DNA of 64,000 bases. Source: Torpedo marmorata (lineage: Eukaryota). The notes beneath the pieces are model-generated. The model worked only from the letters and a program-made list of their open reading frames with translations. It made no database searches and had not been told where the DNA came from. The DNA lies in the NCBI GenBank assembly GCA_977017645.1, contig OZ360233.1, positions 18,166,001 to 18,230,000 on the forward strand. The letters run 5' to 3'. Positions 11,647 through 25,153 of this stretch are shown piece after piece; the stretch's first letter is position 1; every line of letters begins with the position of its first letter. A program made the position numbers and the translations under genes.

Positions 11647-12063
11647 CATTCTGTGATGGGAAGTGGTTTGACAGGAAATGGATGAAAGAAGACGGCAGAG
11701 TGTTAAGGATTGCGAAAAGTTAAGCAGGTGAAAAAGTGAGACAGAGTGAGGTAGAGCAATAGAACGAAAGAAGGGGAGAGAGGGTGGAGGGAGAGAAAGG
11801 GAGGGAGGAGATACACAGATGGAAGGAGAAAGATGCGGCGAGTGTACAGATAGAGGGTGAAATTGCGTGAAGGAACGGGAACGAGTTGCAGACTGTCTTA
11901 CCAACTCGGTCTGATTGGTTCAATAATGGCCACTCGAACCAATCCTGTGGGAGGGAAACACTCACATATCTGTCCTTGCCGTTGGTTCGCTCATAACATC
12001 GCCCCGCCCCTTGTATAGCGGTAAAACAAAGAACTATTCGATTTTGATCTTAATCCGCGTACC

Positions 12064-12109
12064 ATGTCCTCCCTGAGTTGTTTGCTGATTCTGTGGGCCG
12101 TTCTGACTG
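12064..12109 (+). other. Orphan/upstream leader exon L0-2
   Basis: MSSLSCLLILWAVLT+G, GTGAGT donor. Confidence 0.8.
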
Positions 12110-12441
12110 GTGAGTCTGTCTGATTGGTCAGCGATGTCTGTCCATCGTTCTTGCTCTACGAGTCTCCCTCTTTAACTTAATTAAAGGTGGACAATTCCCC
12201 CAGGTCATACCCTCTCCGTCGTACGTTCTCCCACCGTTTACTTATTTACACACTCTCTGTTTACTGAACTTCCTCACGGTCGATCTGTCGCTCTATCTCT
12301 CTCTCTCCCTCCTCGCCGTTCTCGTTAGAGGGAAACGGCCCGTGTCTCCAACAGCCTTTCTGCTGCTTCCGTCGTGAATTTGCGCTCTTCTATGGGCGGG
12401 CATTTGTAAAATATCCTTCCTTCGAATTTAATCCGGGCGTC

Positions 12442-12867
12442 ATGTTCATCGTTTGTCCTTCGCTGATTCTATGGGCCGTTCTGCCTGGTGAGACTGATTG
12501 ATCAACACGGGTCCCGCGGGGTCAGCGGCGTTTCGCGCAGTTCACACATTCTGTCTTTTGTTCCAGGGGCCAGTGGGAACGATTCAGTGACCCAAAAACC
12601 CCCGGAATTGATTGTCAACGAAGGGCAGATCGTATCACTGAGCTGCAGTTACTCGATGAATCCCGATGCATATTCTTGGTACATTCAACGTCCTGGAGAA
12701 TCTCCCAAATATTTGCTGAAAATCTACACGTCAGGAGATGTGGTTTCGTCGCCCGATTGTCCGGAGAGGATATCGGGTTCATTGGAGAAAAAGAGCCAGA
12801 CATTCCACCTCAATAACTCGAAAACCCCTGTGGAGGATTCTGCCGTGTATCTCTGCGCCGTGAAGCT
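12442..12867 (+). CDS. V segment D2, potentially functional
   Basis: Leader 12442-12487, intron 12488-12566, open V exon to YLCAVK; RSS 12868-12906 CACACTG-23-ACAAAAACT. Confidence 0.85.
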
Positions 12868-13199
12868 CACACTGTTCCAGGGCGGTGGCAAATCCGCACA
12901 AAAACTCACCTCGAGACATTGAATCGGACCCTATGGCTAGGGGGCGCTCTCGGCCAAGCAATGGAAGCGAATACACGACCTTCCTGGAGAGTCTGCTGCA
13001 ACGCCGAGATGCAGGAGATTTCCCCTCTTCTGAGCGTTTCTCTTTCTCTGCGTCCTCTGTGTCTCATTCCGTAATTTGAGGTGGAAGGTACGAAGTCAGG
13101 GAGAGAGAAAGAAATGGATAGCTGTTTGCCAGAATATTGTATGAAAATGAAGGAGTGTTTGTTAATGGAAATGGAGAGATTAAAAAAGCGGTAAACCGC

Positions 13200-13445
13200 G
13201 CGGGTGGGTGTGACCGGTAGGTGAGCCTTCGGCCTCTCCTTCCCAAAATCAACAACAAGCTCCTTGGTCTTGGTGAAAATAAGAACAAAAGTGTTGTTCT
13301 CGAACCACCAAACCAGGTTCACCATCTCCATTCTGTATTCCGACTCATCTTTTCCAGTTATTTGGCCAACACTGGTGGTGTCTTCAGCTAATTTGTCGGT
13401 TGAGTTGGGGCTGAACTTGGCTGAACGGTCAATTGTGCAGATGGC
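13200..13445 (-). mobile_element. Rex1-type LINE fragment marking the start of short C-L0-D units
   Basis: KTKELVVDFGK motif; the same fragment recurs at ~38930, ~43330, ~59800 and ~63740. Confidence 0.65.
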
Positions 13446-13847
13446 AGAGATTGAAGGGAGGGAGAGATTGGCACTGCTCTCGAAAGATTAAATAAGTGTA
13501 AGACGGAGTCGCGTAGAGGTAGGAAGCTTAACAGAACGCGAGAAGGGGCGTGAGAGTGCAGGAAAACGAGTGATGGTGATGGAAAGGGCGGAACGAGAGA
13601 AAAGAAGAGAGAGACGTGGGGAGTGTAAATATAGGTGGAGAAACACGTCCGAAAAAGACGGAGAATGAGAAACGGCCAACATTAACAACCAGTTTTCATT
13701 GGTTCAACAAGGGCGCTCTCTTGAGCCCATGTGCGAGGAGGGCGCCCTCCTGTGTGTCCACGAGGATGGGCTGCTACTAACGAGAACCCATTGTCTGATA
13801 TCGGGGCAGAATATAGAAATATTCGGATGTTCACCTTCATTCTGGCT

Positions 13848-14305
13848 TCCTCACCATCCAGTAGTTTGCTGATTCTATGGGCCGTTCTGCTTGGCGAGTC
13901 TCTGTCTGATTGGTCAGCGCGTGTCCCTCCCGGCTCAGCGCAATTCCTCGCATATCACATACTGTGTGTTTCATTCCAGGCACAAATGTGGAAATCTAGT
14001 GACCCACGGACCGATGGAACGGATGGCCGCGGGAAGTGTCGCTGAGCTCATGTTAGCCGAAAAAGGCTACCGTATGATTTTGGTACATTCAAATTCCCGT
14101 GGAGTCTTGGATATATTGGCTGAATATCTACAGCGCAGGAGATGAGCTTCCGTGTCACGATTGTCCGGACAGGATGACGGGTTCCTTGGAGAAAAGGAGC
14201 CGGATACCTTAATATCTCCGAAGCTCTTGAAGCGGACTTGGCCGTTTATGTCTGCGCGGTGCGGTTCGCACTGTTCCTGGGATATTGCGGAGACGCACAA
14301 AAGTT
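13848..14305 (+). pseudogene. V pseudogene C3
   Basis: As C1; heptamer mutated to CGCACTG (14267). Confidence 0.8.
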
Positions 14306-14725
14306 CTTTCTGAGATGGGAAGTGGTTTGAGAGAAAATGGCAGAAAGAAGACGGGAGAGCGTGTTAAGGATTGCGAAAAGTTAAGCAGGTGAAAACGTGA
14401 GACAGAGTGAGGTAGAGCAATAGAACGAAAGAAGGGGAGAGAGTGTGGAGTGAGTGAAAGGGAGGGAGGAGATACACAGATCGAAGGAGAAAGATGCGGC
14501 GATAGTACAGATAGAGGGTGATATTTGCGTGAAGGACCGGGATCGAGATACAGACTGTCTTATCAACTCGGTCTGATTGGTTCAATAATGGCCACTCGAA
14601 CCAATCCTGTGGGAGGGAAACACTCACATATCTGTCCTCGGCGTTGGTTCGCTCATAACATCGCCCCACCCCTTGTATAGTGGTAACACAAAGAAATATT
14701 CGATGTTGACCTTAATCTGCGTACC

Positions 14726-14771
14726 ATGTCCTCCCTGAGTTGTTTGCTGATTCTGTGGGCCGTTCTGACTG
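14726..14771 (+). other. Orphan/upstream leader exon L0-3
   Basis: MSSLSCLLILWAVLT+G, GTGAGT donor. Confidence 0.8.
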
Positions 14772-15123
14772 GTGAGTCTGTCTGATTGGTCAGCGACGTC
14801 TGTCCATCGTCCTTGCTCTACGAGTCTCACTCTTTAACTTAATTAAAGGTGGACAATTCCCCCAAGTCAAACCCTCTCCGTCGCACGTTCTCCCACCGTT
14901 TACTCATTTACTCACTCTCTGTTTACTGGACTTCCTCACGGTCGCACTGTCGCTCTATCTCTGTCGCTCTGTCTCTCTCTCTCTCTCTCGCTCCTCGCCG
15001 TTCTCGTGAGAGGGAAACGGCCCGTGTCTCCAAAAGAGTTTCTGCTGCTTCCGACGTAAATTTGCGCTCTTCTATGGGCGAGCATTTGTAAAATATCCTT
15101 CCTTCGAATTTAATCTGGGCATC

Positions 15124-15549
15124 ATGCTCCTCCTTTGTCCTTCGCTGATTCTATGGGCCGTTCTGCCTGGTGAGACTGATTGATCAATACGTGCCCCGCG
15201 GGGTCAGCGCCGTTTCGCGCTGTTCAGACATTCTGTCTTTTGTTACAGGGGCCAGTGGGAACGTTTCAGTGACCCAAGAACCCCCGGAATTGATTGTCAA
15301 CGAAGGGCAGATCGTATCACTGAGCTGCAGTTACTCGATTAATCCCGCTGCATATTTTTGGTACATTCAACGTCCTGGAGAATCTCCCAAATATTTGCTG
15401 AAAATCTACGCGTCAGGAGATGTGGTTCCGTCTCCCGATTGTCCGGAGAGGATATCGGGTTCATTGGAGAAAAAGAGCCAGAGATCCCACCTCAATAACT
15501 CGAAAACCCTTGTGGAGGATTCTGCCGTGTATCTCTGCGCCGTGAAGCT
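15124..15549 (+). CDS. V segment D3, potentially functional
   Basis: Leader 15124-15169, intron 15170-15248, open V exon; RSS 15550-15588. Confidence 0.85.
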
Positions 15550-15861
15550 CACACTGTTCCAGGGCGGTGGCAAATCCGCACAAAAACTCACCTCGAGACA
15601 TTGAATCGGACCCTATGGCTAGGGGGCGCACTCGGCCACGCAATGGAAGCGACTACACGACGTTCCTGGAGAGTCTGCTGAAAAGTGCAACGCCGAGTTG
15701 CAGGAGATTTGTCCTCCTATGAGCGTTTCTCTTTCTCTGCCTCCTCTGTGTCCGATTCCTTAGTTTGAGGTGGAAGGTGGGAAGTCAGGGAAAGAGAAAG
15801 AAATGGATAGCTGGAAAAGGGAAGTAGTGTTCTTTTGATGGAAATTGAGAGATTAAAAAAA

Positions 15862-16045
15862 GTGGTAGATGCAGGTTCAATTTTAATCTTTAAGGAAAAG
15901 TTGGATAGGTATATGGACGAGAGAGGTGTGGAGGGTTATGGGCCGGGTGCGGGTCAGTGGGACGAGGTGGGAGAATGTGTTCGGCATGGACTAGAAGGGC
16001 CGAACTGGCCTGTCTCTGTGCTGTAAATGTTATATGGTTATATAT
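15862..16045 (+). mobile_element. CR1-type LINE 3' tail fragment
   Basis: Near-identical to the 3' end of the long CR1 at ~48940-49120; further copies at ~18953-19138 and ~25892-26078. Confidence 0.75.
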
Positions 16046-16128
16046 GGTGTTGGTAGGACAGGAGCGTGGCCCCTCGGCCTGTCCTTTCTAAAATCAACAA
16101 GCTCCTTGGTCTTGGTGTCATTAAGAAA

Positions 16129-17370
16129 TATGGAATAGATTGGATAAAGAGATAGGAACGAAAGGTTTAATTTCCCCAAGAATGCCTATATATCAAAATA
16201 GACTTATTTCATTTGCTTTTGATAATCAATTATTTAAATTTGGTTTCAAAAGGGAATTAAGAAAATAAATGACTGTTTTGAAGCTGGTAAATTTATTACT
16301 TTTCAAAGAATGAAAGATAAGTTTAATATATTAGACAATACGTTCTTTGCCTATTTCCAAATTAAAGCATTTTTAGTTGAAAGGTTGGGCCATAGTTTGA
16401 CTTTACCTCGACAAAGTGAATTTGAATTATTAGTTACAAATGGAGGTGTAAATAAGTTTATTTCTCAAATGTATAAACTATTACAGAGGAAAATGCCTAA
16501 AGTAGCTATTCACAAATCAAGATTAAAATGGGAATCAGATTTGAATGTAATAATACAAGAAAAGCATTGGAAAGAATTATGTAAACTAAGTATGACTAAG
16601 ATTATTAATGTTAGATATAGATTAGTGCAGTATAATTTTTTCCATCAATTATATTTAACACCTAAAAGATTAAAGAAATTTAACCCGACACTATCAGATT
16701 TATGTTTTAGATGTAATAGGGAGGAAGGTTCTTTTGTACACTCTACATGGTTTTGTCCAAAGATATATGATTTTTGGTTGAAAGTTAAAAAGTTTTTAGA
16801 TAAAGTATTAAGAATTACACTCCCAATGGATCCTATGATATTTTTATTTGGAGATATTAAAAGAATTAGTATTAGGATGAAATTAAATATGTATCAAATA
16901 GAATTTTTGAGAACTGCTCTAGCTGTTGCTAAGAAATGCATTGCTATTACTTGGAAGTCTGATGTAGATTTGGGTTTAGAAAGATGGCATGCAGAACTTC
17001 GTTCATGTAAACCTCTTGAAAAGATTACTTATAATTTACGTAATAAATATCATTTCTTTTTGAAAACATGGAGCCCATACATAAAAGCGGTTGGTTTAAA
17101 AATTTGAAGATCTCCAGAGATCAGATCAGACTGGTTAACCTATTTTCCACAAAAGATTTGGCTGATAGTTGTTTTTTTTTTATTTTTTTTAGACACTCTC
17201 CTTATTCTATTTCTTTCTTTTCTTTATTTTTAGATTAGTGGGGGTGGGAGGGCTAGGGTGGGGAGGGTGGTTGGGGGGGAGAAAATGTATCACATGTATT
17301 TTGATAATTTTATATTTTGCCTTATGTATTTTGTGATTTAAAATTTTAAATAAAATATTTTTTTAAAAAA
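16129..17370 (+). mobile_element. 5'-truncated L1-clade LINE
   Basis: ORF 16310..17107 with CCHC-type knuckle CFRC...GSFVHSTWFCP; G-rich 3' UTR, poly(A); short AAGAAA target duplication (16123-16128 / 17371-17376). Confidence 0.85.
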
Positions 17371-17715
17371 AAGAAAAAGATTGTTTATACTCCAGGTAGA
17401 GCTACAACCCAATCCAATAGCTGCTCTTTTCGGGGTTATTGACCCAGACACAGGGAGGTTTTCTGTACCTGTTCAACGGGTTGTGACTTTCTCTACATTG
17501 TTGGCTAGAAGAGCCATCCTATTGAAATGGAAAGACTCTTGACCTCCAACAGTGTTTCAATGGTTTTCTCATATTATGTCTTGTTTAAGCTTAGAAAAAA
17601 ATCGATATTATGCATTTGATTCATCGGTGAAATTTGAAGATACATGGCGACCTTTTATGTCTTATTTTCATATGATGTAAGTGTTTCTAATGTAATTAGA
17701 TGTATTTACTCTTCC

Positions 17716-18294
17716 TATTATGGTGACTTCGATCCAACAATAGTCACCTGGAGGCTAAGTGAGATACTTGTCTTTGACGCGTTTTAAATAATTTACCAAC
17801 AAAGTCCAATATGTTCAAAATCTTTATTTACACACGTGGTTTGCAGTAATCTTCAATGACTTCAATATAAACAGTTCTTGAAAACGATGTATGATGAGTT
17901 TCTTTAAATGTTTCTTTAAACAATTCTAAACTACAAAGTAACCAGTTCAATGTTCTGAAACACTCGATATAAAGAATCGATATAAAACGGTCAATAAAGA
18001 TATGGAGATCTCATACACCCTCCTACATCTTATTCTTTCTCCTATTCTCTAATTCGCGCATGCCCCGTCGCTCCTATACCACTGCGCACCCTACACCGCG
18101 CATACTACATTTCCCAGACTCCACCGCGCACAATGACGTCACTCCAGACTGCGCATGCGCCCTTTGGCACTCCAGCACATGCGCAGAGCACAGAACGGGC
18201 CGAGGACGGCCTACAGACAACGCGAGCGCTCCACACCCGACGAGACATCGGAGCGCCGCAGCAACGGTAAGTTAATGAGCCTACGGCTCTTACA
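17716..18294 (-). mobile_element. Probable solo LTR (579 bp) inside the old L1 3' UTR
   Basis: Absent in paralogous units; flanked by CTTCC 5-bp duplication (17711-17715 / 18295-18299); termini TATTAT...TTACA (TG...CA with one change); minus-strand AATAAA near 17823. Confidence 0.6.
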
Positions 18295-19139
18295 CTTCCT
18301 TTGCTTTTTGATTTACGGTAGGAACCAAAAATTACAAAATATACATAACCTTCAGGATAAGCGGCTCATCTCTTTTTTTGTTAGTTGTTTTTTTTTAAAT
18401 TAGTGAAGGATTGGTGTTTTTATTGAAATATAATACTTTTGATTTTTTTTAAATTGTTACCCATTGCAGTGGAGGGGGGATCGAATTTATACTGTTTGAA
18501 GTTTTATTTTAATATAATCATATGTGATATTGTATTTTCAATTTCGTTCCCTTATCTTTATTAAATTGTATTTCTAATAAAAATAAAAAGATTGAAAAAG
18601 AAAGATTGTTGTTCTGGAACCACCCAACCAGGTTCGTGATTTCCATCCTGCATTCTGGCTCATCTTTTCCAGTTATTCACCCAACACTGGTGGTGTCGAC
18701 ATCTAATTTGTAGATTGAGGTGGAGCTGAACTTGGCTGCACAGTCATGGATGCCCATGGCATGGAGTGGGGGACAAAGCAGGCAGCCTTGGAGTGCTCCT
18801 GTGCTGATGGTCAGCGAGGAGGAGGTGATGTTGTTGATCAACACTGTTTGGGTCTGACAGGTGGAAGGTAGGAAGTCAGAGAAAGAGAAAGAAATGGATA
18901 GCTGGAAAAGGGAAGTAGTGTACTTTTGATGGAAATTGAGAGATTAAAAAAAGTGGAAGATGCAGGTTCAATTTTAATCTTTAAGGAAAAGTTGGATATG
19001 TATATGGACGAGATAGGTGTGGAGGGTTATGGGCCGGGTGCGGGTCAGTGGGACTAGGTGGGAGAATGTGTTCGGCATGGACTAGAAGGGCCGAACTGGA
19101 CTGTTTCCGTGCTGTAAATGTTATATGGTTATATATGGT

Positions 19140-21155
19140 GTGGGTAGGACAGTAGCGTGGCCCCTCGGCCTGTCCTTTCTAAAATCAACAAGCTCCTTGG
19201 TCTTGGTGTCATTCAGAAAAATTTTGTTTATTCTCCAGGTGGAGCTACAACCCAATCCAATAACTGCTCTTTTCGGGGTTATTGACCCAGACATAGGGAG
19301 TTTTTCTGTACCTGTACAACGGGTTGTGGCCTTCTCTACATTGTTGGCTAGAAGAGCCATCCTATTCAAAGGGAAAGACTCTAGACCTCCAACAGTGTTT
19401 CAATGGTTTTCTCATATTATGTCTTGTTTAAGCTTAGAAAAAATTAGATATCATGTATTTGATTTATCGGTGAAATTTGAAGATACATGGCGACCTTTTA
19501 TGTCTTATTTTCATATGATGTAAGTGTTTCTAATGTGATTAGATGTATTTGCTCTTCCTTTGTTTTTTAATTTACGGTAGGAACCAAAAATTACAAAATA
19601 TATATAACCTTCAGGATAAGCTGCTCAGCTGTTTGTTGTTAGTTTTTTTTTATTAGAGTAGGTTAGGTGGTTTTCTAAAAATATATATACATATAATACT
19701 TTTGATTTTTTTCATTGTCACCTATTGCAGTGGAGGGCGGATCGAATTTATACTGTTTGAAGTTTTATTTTAATATATATACACATGTGATGTTGTATTT
19801 TCAATTTGTTTCCTTTCCTTCATTGTATTGTATTTCTTATTAAAATCAATAAAAAACATTGAAAAAGAGATTGTTGATCTGGAACCACCCAACCAGGTTC
19901 GTGATTTCCATCCTGCATTCTGGCTCATCTTTTCCAGTTATTCACCCAACACTGGTGGTGTCGACATCTAATTTGTAGATTGAGTTGGAGCTGAACTTGG
20001 CTGCACAGTCATGGATGCCCATGGCATGGAGTGGGGGACAAAGCAGGCAGCCTTGGAGTGCTCCTGTGCTGATGGTCAGCGAGGAGGAGGTGATGTTGTT
20101 GATCAACACTGTTTGGGTCTGACAAAGAGGAATTCAAAGATCCAGTCGCAGTGGGATGGACAGAGTTCTAGATCCTTCAGCTTGGTCATAGGCTTTGCAG
20201 GTATGAGGGTGTTGAACGCCGAGCTGTAGTCAATGAACAACAGCTCCACGAAGGTGTTTCGGTGGTCCAGGTGATTAAATGCAGAGTGGAGAGTCAGCGA
20301 TATTGCGCCGTCAGTTGACCTTTTGTGGCGATAGGTGAACTTAATTGGGACCAGGTTCTTCCAGAGATAGGAGTAAATTCGCTCCATAACCAACCTCTGA
20401 AAACACTTCATCACAGTCGGTCAACTTGCTCTTCTTGGGCAAGTCGGGGAGGGAGGAGATTGGAAGCAAATACACACCGAAATGCTGGAGGAACACAGCC
20501 GGTCTCGATGCGTCCATAGGAGGGACAGATATCTAACCAACGTTTCGGCCTAAGCCTTTTTTCAAGAAATAAGCAAAGCTCAGGAAGGCGTCAGAATAAA
20601 AACTGACGATTGGCAGGGGCAGGATTCCAGAATAACAGGTGTTAATTGGATATGGATGGAGGAGGTGAGAATTGATTTTGGCTCTGTGAAGGGAGACTGA
20701 GGGAAAAGCGAAGANNNNNNNNNNNNNNNNNNNNNNNNNNNNNNNNNNNNNNNNNNNNNNNNNNNNNNNNNNNNNNNNNNNNNNNNNNNNNNNNNNNNNN
20801 NNNNNNNNNNNNNNNNNNNNNNNNNNNNNNNNNNNNNNNNNNNNGAACTGGGGGAAAAGCGACAGGAGGAAGTAGAACGGGGGATGTTTAACGAAAAATT
20901 GAGAAGTCGATGTTAATGCCATCCGGTTGGAAGGTGCCCAGACGGAAGATGAGGTGTTGTTCCTCCAATTTTCACGTGGTCACAGTCTAGCAGTGCATGA
21001 GACCATGGACAGATATGTTAGAAAATGAGTGGATCGGGGAATTGAAATGGGTGGCCACTTGGGAGATCCACGCGTTTACGCTGGAGAGAGCCGAGGTGCT
21101 CATCAAAGCGATCTCAGAGTCTGCGTCCGGTATCTGCGATGTAGAGGAGACAAGA
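19140..21155. mobile_element. TE block copy (Rex1/L1/Penelope-like); N gap 20715-20844
   Basis: Collinear with 1-1915. Confidence 0.75.
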
Positions 21156-21389
21156 GCAGACTGGAAACGAAGCATGTACGGGAAGGGCATAGAAAGACAA
21201 CCAGTGAGACTGCATTGAGACCTGCTGGTTTATATTGGTTCCAGCGCAGCGTCATCCAGAGCGAATGACCAATCCTGTGCGAGGGAAAGCCACCAATCTC
21301 GGTGCGGCGGCTGCTGCTGACGTGAAGTTGTAAATAAAGCAGGACATCATGTGAGAAAAAATTGTTCTTTTGACCTTCATTCGGACACC

Positions 21390-21819
21390 ATGTCCCTCAA
21401 GAAGTACCTGCTGATTGTATGGGCCATTCTGGCAGGTGAGTCTCTGTCTGATCAGTCAGTGCGTCCCGCGGATTCAGCGCAATCCCGTGCCGCTCACACA
21501 CCCCGTGTTTCATTCCAGGCACGAGTGGGGAGGAATCCGTGACCCAAGGACCGCCGGAAATGATGGCGAAGGAAAGGCAGACCGTGCCACTAAACTGTAG
21601 TTATTCGACGAGTCAATCCGCATATTTTTGGTTCCTTCAACATCTTGGAAAACCTCCCAAATATTTGCTGAAAATGTACAGCTCGGGAGAAGTAGTTCCG
21701 TCTCACGATTGTCCGGATCGGATGTCGGGTTCTTTGGAGAAAAAGAGCCAGCGCTTTCACTTGACTATCTCTGGGGCTCTTGTGGAGGACTCCGCCACGT
21801 ATTTCTGCGCCGTGCGGCC
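21390..21819 (+). CDS. V segment A3, potentially functional
   Basis: Leader 21390-21435, intron 21436-21518, open V exon to YFCAVR; RSS 21820-21858 CACACTG-23-ACAAAAACT. Confidence 0.88.
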
Positions 21820-22542
21820 CACACTGTTCCTGGGCGATGACGGATCCGCACAAAAACTCGTTTTGAGAATGAGGAAGGTGCCGTGCAGCGCCGCGATTTA
21901 CCCTTGCGTGCGCAAAGGCGATTATCTTCCTCCCCGTTCCGAGAAAAACGGGGATCAATGTGAACAGCGTTTTACCAGAGAGGAACGGAGACAGGAAATA
22001 AAGGGAAAGAGAGTTAGCGAGAGATTGATAGAAATTGAGAGAGAGAGAGGAAGAGAGAGATTAATTTGAGCAGTGAGAGAGAGGGGGTGTGAATGGAAGA
22101 GTGAGGGATGTGATGGGCGAAGAGAGACGAAAACGCGGGTTGGCGACCGAGAGCGGTACTGAGAGAGAGTATGATAGTGAGTGAATGAGGGATACATTGA
22201 GCGAGGAGGATGGGGAGTGAGCGGGAGTGGGTTCAGAAAGAGAGAGAGAGAGAGGGAGAGAGACAGAGAGAGAGTAAGAGCGACAGAGAGAGAGAGAAAG
22301 AGAGAGAGAGTGAGAGATGTTGAGTATACAGAGAGGCAGAGAAACGCGAGAAGGACGGAGAATGGGAGACGGTCGGCATTAACAACCTGCTCAATGGTAG
22401 CGTCAACCTGACCCAACAAGAAATGCTGTGCGACAAAAACGGCCGGTGCGTCCCACGGGGTTGGATGCTCCTGACTTCACCCCATCTCGTATATCGGAGT
22501 AACATGAGGAAATGTTCTTCTTTTGACTTACACTCGGGCACC

Positions 22543-22987
22543 ATGTACCCCCTGATTTGTTTGCTGAATCTATCGGCCGTTCTGCCTGGTGAGTGTCTCT
22601 CTGGTTTATCAGCACGTGTCCGCCGGTTCAACGATTCGTGTTTCGTTCTCGAAATGATTGGGGAAGTTTATGTAACATATGGACCGCCGGAACGCATGAC
22701 AGAGGAATTACAGACCGTGTCACTGAGTTGCAGTTACTTGATGAGTACCTCCGCACAGTTTTGGTACATTCTATATCCCGGAGAACCTCCAAGATTTTGA
22801 TGAAAATGTAAAACTGCGGCGATGTGGTTACGCCTCAAGATTGCGGAAGAAGATGTCAGGTTTCTTTGAGACAAAGAGCCATAGAGTACATCTGATTGTC
22901 TACGGGACGCTTGAGTCGGACTCCGCCGTGTATATCTGCGTCGTGAAGCCCACTATTCCAGAGCGATGGCGGGTCCGTATAAAACGA
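22543..22987 (+). pseudogene. V pseudogene B3
   Basis: Leader present, acceptor lost, frameshifts and stops, degenerate RSS. Confidence 0.8.
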
Positions 22988-23870
22988 AATTGAAATGGGC
23001 AGTGCCACCAGGGGGCGTGCTCTTCCCCCAACACAGTGCGGACCAGTGCACAGGACGGAGTCGGCAACTGTGCCTCCGGGCGAGAGTCGTCTCTAAAATG
23101 CAGCGCAGAGGTTGAGCCTTGCGTGATCAAGGACGTTTGTCTCACTGTCTGTTCCGAGGCGGAGGGGAGGAATTGAGAGAAAAGCGCGGAATCTGGTGCT
23201 CCCCCTTTTGCGAGAGAGGGGGAGATACAGGATCTGCTGAGAAACGGAGTGAGCGAAAGTGTGAAAGAAATTCAGTAGAAAGAAGGTTAGAAGTGAGAGA
23301 GAGTGAATGATAGAGAGAGATCGTGATTGACGAAGAGAGATATCACAGGAGGGAGGCAGTGGGGAGGGAGTGGTAAGTAAGGAAGAGTGTGAAAATTATT
23401 TAATGAAGGAGACATTGAGAGTGCAAAAGCGGGAGAGGGACGGAGGGAATGTGTGACAGTGGGAGAAAGAGATTGAAGGGAGGGGAGCGATAGGCACTGC
23501 TCTCGAAAGATTAAATAAGTGTAAGACGGAGTCGCGTAGAGGTAGGAAGCGTAACAGAACGCGAGAAGGGGCGTGAAGGTGCAGGAAAACGAGTGAAGGT
23601 GCTGGAAAGGGCGGAACGAGAGAAAAGAAGAGAGAGACGTGGGGAGTGTAAATATAGGTGGAGAAACACGTCCGAAAAAGACGGAGAATGAGAAACGGCC
23701 AACATTAACAACCAGTTTTCATTGGTTCAAAAATGGCGCTCTCTTGATCCCATGTACGAGGAGGGCGCCCTCCTGTGTGTCCTAGAGGATGGGCTGCTAC
23801 TAACGAGATCCCACTGTCTTATATCGGGGCAGTATATAGAAATATTCGGCTGTTCACCTTCATTCTGGCT

Positions 23871-24328
23871 TCCTCACCATCCAGTAGTTTGCTGATTCTA
23901 TGGGCCGTTCTGCTTGGCGAGTCTCTGTCTGATTGGTCAGCGCGTGTCCCTCCCGGCTCAGCGCAATTCCTCGCATATCACACACTGTGTGTTTCATTCC
24001 AGGCACAAATGTGGAAATCTAGTGACCCACGGACCGACGGAACGGATGGCCGCGGGAAGTGTCGCTGACATCTAGTTACCCGAAAAAGGCTGCCGTTTGT
24101 TTTTGGTACATTCAAATTCCCGTGGGGACTTGTATATATTTGCTGAAAATCTACAGCGCAGGAGATGAGGTTCCGTGTCACCATTGTCCGGACAGGATGA
24201 CGGGTTCCTTGGAGAAAAGTGGCCGGATACCTTAATATCTCCGAAGCTTTTGAAGCGGAGTTGGCCGTTTATGTCTGCGCGGTGCGGCTCACACTGTTCC
24301 TGGGATATTGCGGAGAGGCAAAAAAGCT
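23871..24328 (+). pseudogene. V pseudogene C4
   Basis: As C1; RSS 24290-24328. Confidence 0.8.
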
Positions 24329-24748
24329 CATTCTGAGATGGGAAGTGTTTTGAGAGAAAATGGCAGAAAGAAGACGGTAGAGCGTGTTAAGGTTTGCAAA
24401 AAGTTAAGCAGGTGAAAACGTGAGACAGAGTGAGGTAGAGCAATAGAACGAAAGAAGGGGAGTGAGAGTGGAGTGAGTGAAAGGGAGGGAGGAGATACAC
24501 AGATGGAAGGAGAAAGATGCGGCGAGTGTACAGATAGACGGTGAAATTTGCGTGAAGGACCGGGAACGAGATACAGACTGTCTTATCAACTCGGTCTGAT
24601 TGGTTCAATAATGACCACTCGAACCAATCCTGTGTGAGGGAAACAGTCACATATCTGTCCAAGGCGTTGATTCGCTCTTAACATCGCCCCACCCCTTGTA
24701 TAGCGGTAACACAAAGAACTATTCGATTTTGACCTTAATCCGCGTACC

Positions 24749-24794
24749 ATGTCCTCCCTGAGTTGTTTGCTGATTCTGTGGGCCGTTCTGACTG
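24749..24794 (+). other. Orphan/upstream leader exon L0-4
   Basis: MSSLSCLLILWAVLT+G, GTGAGT donor. Confidence 0.8.
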
Positions 24795-25153
24795 GTGAGT
24801 CTGTCTGATTGGTCAGCGACGTCTGTCCATCGTCCTTGCTGTACGAGTCTCACTCTTTAACTTAATTAATGGTGCACAATTCCCCCAAGTCAAACCTTCT
24901 CCGTCGCACGTTCTCCCACCGTTTACTCATTTACACACTCTCTGTTTACTGGACTTCCTCACGGTCGCTCTGTCGCTCTATCTCTGTCGCTCTGTCTCTC
25001 TCTCTCTCTCTCTCTCTCGCTCCTCGCCGTTCTCGTGAGAGGGAAACGGCCCGTGTCTCCAAAAGAGTTTCTGCTGTTTCCGACGTGAATTTGCGCTCTT
25101 CCATCGGGCGAGGATTTGTTAAATATCCTTCCTTCGAATTTAATCCGGGCATC

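Noticed and set aside
12868-12922. Read-through of D exons into TLFQGGG..., resembling a J-segment FGxG motif (germline-joined VJ)
   Set aside because: The sequence is the RSS heptamer, 23-nt spacer and nonamer; there is no true FGxG and no splice donor follows.
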